NCBI GenBank assembly: GCA_964252035.1
Contig: OZ176200.1
Source: Podarcis erhardii
Lineage: Eukaryota
Strand: one strand, 5' to 3'
DNA: 64,000 nt
Below are positions 54,549 through 64,000 of this stretch, in pieces (the first letter of the stretch is position 1; each line of letters begins with the position of its first letter). The position numbers were made by a program, and so were the translations under genes. The notes below the pieces were generated by a model. The model saw only the letters and a list, made by a program, of their open reading frames with translations, searched no databases and was not told the origin of the DNA.

Positions 54549-56220
54549 GAGGTTCCTTCTACTGGTCATAAATAGCCATAAATATTACTGACACAAAACA
54601 GTTCTTTCTGGTGCATAATGGGCCACAATTTTAAATCTACTTATACAAGTGGTTTTCATCAAGTGGTTTTGTACTGCCGAATAAGCCAAATATCCACATA
54701 CAGTTTTACAATAGCCTGATAAAATACAGTCAACTGAGAATGACATTTCCTCATTTCTGAAGTCTATTGTGTGCGTGTTCTGGCCCTATCTCCTAAAGAA
54801 AATAAATGCCATACATTATTTAACAGCAGTTTATAGTTTACCATGACAGTGTGCCAAAAGGTGTGCTGATAACGTATTGTATCCAGTCAAACAGTTGAAA
54901 ATACAAATCCAGTTTTTTCTCTCCTCCCCCCCCCCCCATTATTTACTCTCCATTCAAGTCTAAGATTACTATACAGGTGTGTAGCTATTTCAGAATTTTA
55001 AAAGAAGCAACAGAAGAAAATAGAGCATGCATATATGGCAAAGACACATGAGGTAGTTTAGAAATAAGTACTAACAAGACAACCAAGTTAAATTTGCACA
55101 AACATACCAATGCCCAGTAGCTGCTTTGATAATATAGATCCAACACTAAAAACTAGTTCCAGAGAATCATGAGTTATCTGCTGCTCTTGAAACTTCTAGG
55201 AATTAAAGGGATTTTTGATAAGGAACCAGTTTAATATAGAAGTAAAGACTAAGAGAGGTCCTACATCAGATGAGAAGTCATAGGGAAAAGAGAACAAAAG
55301 GTAGACAGCTGGATTTGAGGGAAGGCAATGCTAAGAATCAGTAGTTTTTAGAAAAACATTTTATAGGTACAGCACAGCACAGCACAATGTTTCCTCATAC
55401 TAAAGCAGGCAGGCTTCTCCAGCCCGATTCCCTCAAGTGCTGTTGAACTACACAACTACAATCATTCCTGGCAATTCTGCTTGGGGGTGTTAAGAGTACA
55501 TCATCATCTAGAGGGCCCCCACTGGAGAAGTAACCTTCAAACCAGGAGCTAGAAATACTCCCCAAACTTTATGAAAATAACCACATGAGCAATTGACCCT
55601 GTACAGCTGGAATGAGGAACCTTGGGTCCTGTGGACACAGCCAATGGCCAGAGGTGATACACAGGTGTGTTGCTGAACTACAACTGCTAAGAGACCCCAT
55701 TTAGCTATGCAACAGTGTAGCCCAAAGGCTTTGAAACAAGGCTCCTTGAGCATTAAGAAAGCAGTTGGTTTGTGGGGATATTCAAGACTATTATTAAAGC
55801 TGACTTCTCTTTCTCTGTCTGAGTAGTGCAGGTTAGGAGCTGCCTTCCATGAAGACTGAAGCTCCACACTCCATTCTAAACTTCCAATTTAAATTGCCCC
55901 ATGGGTTCACATATATATCCACAGCTAGGTGGTAAGATGGAAAATACCTACACAAGAAGGAAAAGCAAAGCCAGCCAGGCAGTTAGCCCAAGTTACCTCT
56001 TCTCAAACAGTTGTCCTACAATTTTGATCAGGACTTTAATAGAACTGTCTTCTCTGTATTAACTATTACAGCATCCAAAATAATTTGCCATCAGCTTCCT
56101 GAAGACTTTAGCTAAACTCTTATACTGAAATTTTTCTTAACACAATTGGTAAACTACCAGAAGAGAGACTGACACAAACAGAATATTTTCCCCGGCTGTA
56201 ATAAAATAGCAACATTTTCC

Positions 56221-56249
56221 TTTATTCACTTACTAGATTTTCTTTTATT
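56221..56249 (-). terminator. ORC4 polyadenylation signals (duplicated)
   Basis: Minus-strand AATAAA at 56244-56249 and 56221-56226, followed by a GU-rich TGTTTGTGTCAGTCTCTCTT element. Confidence 0.6.
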
Positions 56250-56589
56250 CACTTATTAGAAAAATGTAAACACCAGACTGTATGCAATGCTAGTCATATA
56301 CAGAGTAGATCCACTGCAACAAACTCAGTCATGCTCAAGCGAATGAATTCAGTCCAATCTGGGTATCACCCAGAAAAATGGATTTCTGTTGCAGATCAAA
56401 ATCCACTGCTTTGGAAATATTAACAAATAAACCAAAGAAAAGAGGGATACACTTTTTAATCAAGTACATTGGGCAGTTGAAGAACATTTTTAAAGGTCAT
56501 CTTTCAATAGATAACACCAATTTTTCGTCTGGTTTATTTGTAACCAAGTACCACTTTCCAGAATCTCATCAAATATTTCAAATCCACAA

Positions 56590-56772
56590 TCAATTTACTG
56601 AAGATGTAGCCCATTGCTTTACATCAGTTGGGCAATTTGGGTAAACCTGCAGAGCATCCATAATTTGGTTGTTGTCCAAAAGAAGATTCATTAGCAAGTA
56701 TTCTCTCTGTGTGCACATAGATGGTCCTTCTACAGGTTTTATCAATTCAAGATGCAGCAAGTGTTCATAAGC
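56590..56772 (-). CDS. ORC4: ORC4 last coding exon
   Basis: tag|GCT; [60 protein letters not shown]; TGA at 56592-56590. Confidence 0.95.
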   Translation of the reverse strand, partial: AYEHLLHLELIKPVEGPSMCTQREYLLMNLLLDNNQIMDALQVYPNCPTDVKQWATSSVN

Positions 56773-57230
56773 CTAAAAATAAAAAAATCCAAACAAATCA
56801 TTAGAATCTTTTCCCATCATCCACAGATAAATTCAACATAATTTGCAGTTACAGATATTTTAGATTAGAGTTTGCTACTGAATAAGAATTAAGATGCAGC
56901 AAAATCTTGCCTCTATTTAGGCTGTTTGGTTTCATTTTCTAAACAGCATCTCCATCACAAAAAAAACCTCATTTGCAGCATAAAAGCTACATGTATGCAT
57001 ACAATGTTCACTAGAGGGCAGCAGAGTACCAAATACAATAATGAAAAGACTAAGATAGACAATGACACCTATGTAAAGCATACAACCCTAAAACATTTTA
57101 GAATATCTTTTTTTAAAAAAATGGGAGCTAAATCTTACAGTTCCAGTTCTTCTATCAATCTTATTTCAAACTATTTGTCCCCTATGGCACTAAAACAGAA
57201 GCTTTCAAAAGAATGTAGTAAAGTACATAC

Positions 57231-57298
57231 CTTCATAACAACAGGTTTCTCAAAACTGTACACTGTGTGTGCCTTCCTCTGTACAAACCTCTGGTACT
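57231..57298 (-). CDS. ORC4: ORC4 exon (68 nt)
   Basis: (E)[22 protein letters not shown]; ag| and |gt. Confidence 0.96.
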
Positions 57299-57386
57299 CT
57301 ACATCAAAACAAATACAAATTATATTACACTTTTGTTTTAGAGGTAATAAACTACGCATTTTGTAACGAATCTGATGTCACCTTAC

Positions 57387-57482
57387 CATTATAAACCATC
57401 TGAAAATTAAATGGTTCTCCTCCATAAGTATCATTTAAATGTTTCATGGCTATTATGAGGCAGAGTTCCAACACAGACAAAC
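57387..57482 (-). CDS. ORC4: ORC4 exon (96 nt)
   Basis: (G)[31 protein letters not shown](E); ag| and |gtaag. Confidence 0.96.
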
Positions 57483-57750
57483 CTATTAGAGAAAGAAGAC
57501 GATTCTTAATAGCTATTTTCATGGCAGTATAGCTTTTTAAATGCCTAATCTAAAATGTTAACAGCTATTTGAAACTATTTTTATTATTTCTTCCTTCAAG
57601 CTTTCAAAAGGAAAGCTGACTTTAAATTTCAAAAATCAAATAAAGGAAAGGAAGTCTACTTGGTCAATTATAACCCTAAGCCTAACATGGTTTTACGCCA
57701 ATGTGACAACCTGTAGGGTAGGAACTGCCCCACTCTCTGGGTACATTGTA

Positions 57751-57992
57751 CAGTGGTACCTCAGGTTACATACGCTTCAGGTTACAGGCGCTTCAGGTTA
57801 CAGACTCCACTAACCCAGAAATAGTACCTCGGGTTAAGAACTTTGCTTCAGGATGAGAACAGAAATTGTGCTCCAGCGGCGTGGCAACAGCAGGAGGCCC
57901 CATTAGCTAAAGTGGTGCTTCAGGTTAAGAACGGTTTCAGGTTAAGAACGGGCCTCCAGAACGAATTAAGTTCTTAACCCGAGGTACCACTG
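57751..57992. mobile_element. Tc1/mariner MITE, family copy B (inverted relative to 44010-44239)
   Basis: Same TIR and internal sequence in reverse orientation; TA TSD. Confidence 0.92.
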
Positions 57993-58084
57993 TATCCTGT
58001 AGTTGTTGGCCAGCGAAGCTTTCCCAGATGGTTCAGAGACTTCTGACTAATAGCCTACAGCTGAGGCTGTGCAAATTCTGGACC

Positions 58085-58420
58085 ACTTCCTGGATGCAGT
58101 GTGGGTTTGATGAGGGCCAATAAACTGAGCTTAAATTCAAGCAAAACAGAAGCACTATGGTGGAGTGGTTCCATTGTCTGGAGCTGTCAGCAGCCTGCAC
58201 TCCCTTCTAAAGGAGCAGCTATGCAGTCTTTTTTGTGGGGAGGGGTCACTCTGGAGTTGCTACTGGCCACTGGCACCCACATCCAGTATAACACCTGTGT
58301 TGCAGGAGCTGCACAGGTTGCCAGCACTCTCCTGAGGTCTTACTATTATTAAACATAAAGCCATAAACTCACTGGCGACAGCATACTTAAACCGTTGCCT
58401 TATTCTACCTCCCCAATATT
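58085..58420 (+). mobile_element. L2 LINE RT fragment
   Basis: ORF 58101-58352 contains MRANKLSLNSSKTEAL, the WMxxNxLxLNxxKTE motif of L2/CR1 RTs. Confidence 0.7.
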
Positions 58421-58698
58421 TATGATCTACCACTGAGACATGTCTGATGCTGTGTGGCAGTGTCAAGACTAGCCTCAACAAACCGTGCATTTAGTGCCCA
58501 CTTCAGTCATCCCTGAGAATCTGGAGATCCACAAAGGATGAAGAGCAAGTGAGGAGAGGGAGAAACAGCCAATTGCAGAGCATGTTTCAAAGCATTATTT
58601 AGGGCGTGATGATCCAATTGAAACAAAGAAAGTACATAAAGTGCATTTCAGAACTTGCTCACATAATTTAAGATAGTAAGTACACACTGTCATCTTAC

Positions 58699-58807
58699 CA
58701 TGTACAATATTTGCTTTAGAGTCCATTCTGCAGTGTTTGCCTGCTTCAAGAAGGTCTGATGCATTGATATACGGGTGAGACACAGTTATACTACTTGAAG
58801 CAAGCAT
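58699..58807 (-). CDS. ORC4: ORC4 exon (109 nt)
   Basis: MLASSSITVSHPYINASDLLEAGKHCRMDSKANIVH(G); cag| and |gtaag. Confidence 0.96.
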
Positions 58808-60754
58808 CTGAAGACAAAATAATAATTTAAATATTTAATGACTTAAAGTCATTATAAAAGCATCTATAGTTATTTACAATACAAAATAGTTTGTAACATT
58901 CAACTGAGAGTATTACTGCAGAATCCATCCAACAGTGCTATATATTGATTGCAATATCAATTTTTAGGATCTTTGATAATTTTACACCTACTTATTTTAC
59001 TCTTTGAAATAGAAGTAATTTTGGAAACAACACACAATGCTCAGGAGGCAATCAGAAAATGTAATACAATGTTTTATCAGACCAAGAACAACTTAGATGG
59101 ATTTAAGTCCAATTCGGCTGCATTATAAAGAGGACTACTCTTAAAAAAATTAATGTTTGCAGCGTGGAGATTGGAAAATTGGTACTTACAAGTGAAGGTT
59201 CTTTCTGGTTGGTCTGTGAACTCCTATTTTGAAAGTAGGCAGAAAATCATGTGACTGGGCTTTTTGGCACTATGCCCTCTCTGAAAGTCCTTCCCAAGTT
59301 TGAGGCCACGGCCAATACTGTAGCAGAAAAATACAGTTATAAAAGGAAGTTAAGGGAATAGTGGGTTGTGATGAAGGAATTGAAAAGGTGAAGACCTCTT
59401 ATGGTGCAATTTTGAACAAGGTGATGGCCATCCATAAGGGTGAGGGCTCCTTGTTGAAAATATGCACATTTTAGTAAAGGTATGGTCTTGAATACTTCCA
59501 CACACCAACCAGAAAAAACTTGACCAGCACCAACACTCCATGACTTGTGTAGTGTTGAAGATATCTAAGGCAGAATATGTAAAAGCTATGCAAGACCTTC
59601 AGTGGGTGAAGTCACTGTACCACGATGAAGGAACATGCCATAGAGCTCTCCCCACGATAGAAATTTCCCTGAGGAAAGCAAAGTGGTGGTCTTGGGGCAG
59701 GGGTTTCCTTTGGAGAGAGGAATGCCACATTTGCTCCCTTTGAAAGGTAGGGAAGAAATGGAGAAGAATTCCTTTGGAGAGGGAATAGTACAAAAAGCCA
59801 AGTCACACGATTCTATGCCTGACAAGCAAGCAGGAGTTAACTGACTTTGGATACTGCCCACACCAAACAGTAAATCTGGTTTTAAAGCAGAATTTCCTCT
59901 TTCAGACTTAACAAATATTTCTTGTTCAGAAGAAACCAATATATCCTCACTAAAGCTAGTATGCAGGCAGAGAGGAGGGGCAAGAGACAAGCATGAGGGC
60001 ATGACATGGGTCCCTGGCCTCCTAAGAAATGGTTTATAGAGCCTGGAATGTTATATTCAAACCAGGCCAGAGACAGAACCTTAATAAACTTGTTTCTCTA
60101 CACAGTTTCTGAACCCAAATCCTGCAGTCAGAATACATAAAACAGAATAAAGGGGAAATATTTAAAATTCCTAACTGTATACAGGTCCTTCCAGTGGTCT
60201 GGAGGGGGCTCTTAAGTCAGTAAGACACACCAAACATAATAAATGTCATGAGAGTCAACAGGGAGCCTTGTACTGCACAAGCAATGGCTGTGATCATTAG
60301 CAAATAGAACTGCACATTATTTTAAGACTTCTCTGTATTTATTGCCATCAAAATCTTGAAGTGGTTTGACTCACAGGTACATCACTGAAGTCGGATTTGC
60401 AGAATTTTATTAGAACTTAAAAGGCACTGACTTTCCACACTGCTCCACAGGAAAGTGCTGCTATGAGCTAAAGGAGGGGTTAATCACCTTCTGCCCTTAA
60501 GTGCATCTCCTGAGTGGAACTCTGCTCAGGGAATACTGCTGAGGGCAAGAGTGAACTCTGGATCCCATCCTCAGAAAAAACATTTACCACTAGAAAAGGG
60601 CTAAGCCAGCATGCTGTATCAAAACATATTCCTTTCCATATTACTTTTCTTTTATATAGTAGTTGCATTAACTCCATTCGTAACTAGAAGTATCAGTTTA
60701 TTTCCATGAATAGCAGTAGAATGTGAGTCAGAAATAAACGTGCCAAGATCTTAC

Positions 60755-60841
60755 CAACAACATGAAGAGAGACCGCAGGTCTTTACTATAATGGAATTGA
60801 TTTTGCAGTACATCTTGCACCTTTTGGTCTTCTAAGAGAGA
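60755..60841 (-). CDS. ORC4: ORC4 exon (87 nt)
   Basis: SLLEDQKVQDVLQNQFHYSKDLRSLFMLL; tag| and |gtaag; phase 0-0. Confidence 0.93.
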
Positions 60842-61545
60842 CTAAAACATTATTTTCAAAATCAATAATTGTTAAGCAACCTACTCATCTTAATTCACCT
60901 AAAACATTTTTATACAGGTGGTATGATAACACAGTTGATAAGATAATACAAAGTGATTCAGGGAAGATCACAAAAATATAATCTGTTATAATTTATCAAA
61001 AGCAAGCCATGTGGTTGGCTTTAACAAAAAGGTCAGAAAGAAGATGCTGGACCATACGGCAGTGAACTGTAAGGGAGACAAAGAGATCTAAATAGAGACT
61101 ATTATTTGTGGTGCGGCATTCCTTTTGCTTGTACTTATTTTGCTTATATTTATTCAGATTTGTCATGGCCAATGACCAGTACAATAGTTATTTGGATTGG
61201 ACCAGTTGGATGAAAACTTTGCTCTCAATCACCTTTCATAGCAAGTACTAAAATACTAATAAAAACTGTTTTCTTCTCCCCAGCTGAAACCTACTAAAGA
61301 CCGCTTAGTACATAATGACATCATCCTAAAAACTGAGTTTTACTAAACTTAGTTTATAGTATGATGTCATTATGTACTAATTTACCTCACTTTTTTGGGG
61401 GGGGGGAGATTTTTATGTACCTGTTTGAAAGCGGTCTTGTATTAAAAATGTGATAAATGCAGTAAGTTTACCATAGTTGCTCTTCATAATAGTGTTTGAG
61501 ATCTTCACTCTACAATCTAAAAATACTGTATAAAAAAATTAATAA

Positions 61546-61661
61546 ATTGTCCAGTAGCACCTTAGAGACCAACTAAGTCTGTTCTTGGTATAAGCTTTCG
61601 TGTGCATGCACACTTCTTTGGATACACACCTAGATGCACACTTCTTCAGATACACATCTAG
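61546..61661 (-). mobile_element. Penelope-like element terminal fragment
   Basis: Plus strand CCAGTAGCACCTTAGAGACCAACTAAGTCTGTTCTTGGTATAAGCTTTCGTGTGCATGCACACTTC is a recognisable squamate Penelope terminus. Confidence 0.75.
61588..61653 (-). ncRNA. Putative minimal type I hammerhead ribozyme (Penelope-type)
   Basis: Minus strand GUAU-CUGAAGA-A-GUGUGCAU-(26 nt)-AUGCACAC-GAAA-GCUU-AUAC has the hammerhead core, stem I, stem II and a palindromic AGCU in place of stem III. Confidence 0.6.
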
Positions 61662-62238
61662 AACCATGGAAGGAACCACATTGAGCTGCATAAAATGGAA
61701 GTCCATCAAACTCACAAAGCTAGAATTCTACAATCTAGTATTGCAATTTTCAAACTAATTTTTAATTACAGAGGCAGATACCAGTGCTAGATGTACATGG
61801 TGGCTGGTTTTGAAAACAGAATGTAGGGAAGCAATAAAATACCTTCAAGTAATACCTGATATGCAATTTTTCTACTCCTTTTAAAATTAGGAATGATGGC
61901 TTGTACACAGAACTCTGCTCAATACTTCCCTTTCCTTTCCTCCCATGCAACTCCAAAATCTGCTCCAGGCGTCCCCAAACTATCCAGAGCTGATTTTGAG
62001 GTCACCAAAGGAAGGAAGGAGGAGGGGAAATTTCCATTTCACAAGTGGAAGTCTGTGCACTAACAGAACAGGAAATTTAAAAACAGCGCAATAACCTGGA
62101 TCCTAATTTCTACTAGAATAAGTACATTCCAATGCATTCCTTTTTAAGCTGTATAAGCACTGTTACCCAGCAGTTTGTTTGAAGATCTTCAGCAAGAAAA
62201 TTCAATTGATTGATTATTATTATTATTATTTCAGTTAC

Positions 62239-62412
62239 CTGTACATTCTTATTCCATTTCTGAATAAAGGACTTTTCTGGAAATTCTGCGGGCAGGGATA
62301 ACTGTTCTTTACAAATATTCAGATATTTTTTAAAATCAAATGAATTCATTAAGTATATTTGCCGGTGTGAAAATCTTGACTTCACTCTCTTCTCCATGAG
62401 TTCAAGAATGTC
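62239..62412 (-). CDS. ORC4: ORC4 exon (174 nt)
   Basis: [58 protein letters not shown], including the conserved EKRVKSRFS motif. Confidence 0.98.
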
Positions 62413-63060
62413 CTAGTGAAAAATTGCAAACAGAACAAAAACATAAGAAATCTACAAGAAAACATATCAATTGCTAGATAACTTGTTTCCCCCTTTTTTT
62501 TTTTTACTTTTTAAGGATGCAAACTGACCTCAGAATTATGCTTGAGCATTTGCCAGCTCTGCAGAATGACAACTTCAATACATACCTTATAAAACAGTTT
62601 ATTTTAAATTCTGTATACATAGGTTAAATGCTTGCCACAGAAAATTCTAGAAATCTCAGTTAATATCAAATATCTAGGTTAGTTTTCAGTCTATTAGGCA
62701 TACCAGTGTTGGCAACTTATTTAAATTATTTTTATCTGAATTGTATTATCTATTAAAAATGATTATTTGAACAGGTATTTCATGTTAAGATTTCTCAATC
62801 AAACCTCATTAGAAGAACAGAATCTTTTCAACTGACTAAGCTATTTCAACACCAGTAGCACACACAGGAAGTTCTACTAAGTGTGGTTAAAGTAGCATTC
62901 TTTATTTAATAATGAAAATGATTCACAATCCCTAAAAGTCTCTTACTTTTCTCTGCACAGGGTCTCTAGCCAATTAAAGAGAAGCATATTTACTAGTCAT
63001 CATCTGAATTTGCATGCACTGGTGGCGACATATATTAAGAGAAAAGTAAATTCATTTTAC

Positions 63061-63212
63061 CAGTCTACAAGTCAGACCAACAACAGCTATAGGTGTCTGT
63101 GCTGACTGGGACACATCAAAGAGATTATACAGCAATGTCTGGTTCTTATGATGAACAAACAGATCAAACTCATCTAGGATGAACAGCACCGGGCAACTGT
63201 GAACACGGTCAC
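63061..63212 (-). CDS. ORC4: ORC4 exon (152 nt, Walker B); gene continues beyond window
   Basis: (G)[50 protein letters not shown]. Confidence 0.98.
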
Positions 63213-63489
63213 CTAACACATAAAACAAACGGGTAAATATTAGGGACCCAATTCAACTAAGTGGTTCTACACAAAGACTTCCACTAGCTCAACAGGTAAT
63301 CTCTTTGCAAGCAACTGAAAGAACTGTAACATAACTTGCAATTTGGCAAGAACTTCCAATTCGTTGTAAGACGGCAAAGCCACCAAGCATTTCACTTTAG
63401 TTCCTTTACTGCAGGATTTAAGTTACAGATTTTCTTACCCACCCTTCACCATAAGGTCCCAGGGAGGGTTGTAACAAAACAATGATACA

Positions 63490-63900
63490 ATTTAAAATAG
63501 AATGATACTAATAATTAATGCAACAACCAAACTACAATATAAAAAACAGAGAATAAAGTTACAAAGATCAGGGTAAAGAAGCACGTCTTGAGCATACGGT
63601 GAAAACTGTACCACAAGGATGATAGATGCACCTCACGGGGGAGAGAATTTGATAATTTAGCGGCTACCAGAGAATGCTCACTCCCTAGTGGCCAATCACA
63701 AACTTCTGTGGGACACAGAAATACCAAGAGGGGCTCCTCTGCTGATCTTAATGGTCTGAGAGAAGGAGACAGTACAGAAGGAGTCAGGCTGTCAGATATT
63801 TGGGGCCTAAGTTGCTTAGAGCTTTAAATACCATAGTGTGCAGCTTGAACTGAGCCTGCAAACAAACTGCCAACCAGTGCAGCTGCTTTAAAACAGGGAT
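63490..63900 (-). mobile_element. Degraded L2-type LINE 3' region
   Basis: GGGGAGAGAATTTGATAATTTAG and TTAGAGCTTTAAATACC...AGCTTGAACTGAGCC are L2-like in reverse. Boundaries approximate. Confidence 0.5.
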
Positions 63901-64000
63901 TGTAGAAATGCTAATGGATACTAGTTAGTAATCTGGATGGAGTAGATCATAGTGTTTGTCATTAACCCCCAATAACATGTTATTAATCACCAAGAAAATA

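Noticed and set aside
59586-60002. 138-aa minus ORF in an ORC4 intron
   Set aside because: ORC4 exon phases are complete without it and no homology is recognisable.
63016-63032. GCACTGGTGGCGAC as a CTCF site
   Set aside because: One base short of the core spacing, so the match is poor.
63213-64000. Next upstream ORC4 exon
   Set aside because: No matching peptide with splice sites found; the region is an L2 remnant and the exon presumably lies beyond the window.

Overview
Vertebrate genomic DNA, most likely a lizard (lacertid-like, judged from a Sauria-type SINE and squamate MITE, CR1, L2 and Penelope remnants). The + strand carries the complete activin receptor type-2A gene ACVR2A: 11 coding exons from 3916 to 49532 summing to 1542 nt (513 aa plus stop), a 24-nt alternative microexon (HAFHIMIE, 38380-38403), a GC-AG intron 2, a 25.5-kb intron 1 and a ~3.5-kb 3'UTR rich in miRNA seed sites. 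The CpG-rich promoter-like region (about 2190-3010) is interrupted by a 200-N gap and lies about 0.9 kb or more upstream of an AT-rich ATG exon. The - strand carries the last seven coding exons of ORC4 (63212 down to 56590), tail-to-tail with ACVR2A. Most other entries in the ORF track are spurious. The most notable observations are a Penelope-derived minimal hammerhead ribozyme in an ORC4 intron whose core appears to be restored by a 28-bp tandem duplication, the microexon with a nearby TGCATG cluster, a two-residue-short ORC4 C-terminus, and a ~350-bp duplicated block in ACVR2A intron 1. Gene calls rest on manual translation, splice phase and recalled orthologue sequences; no searches were run.
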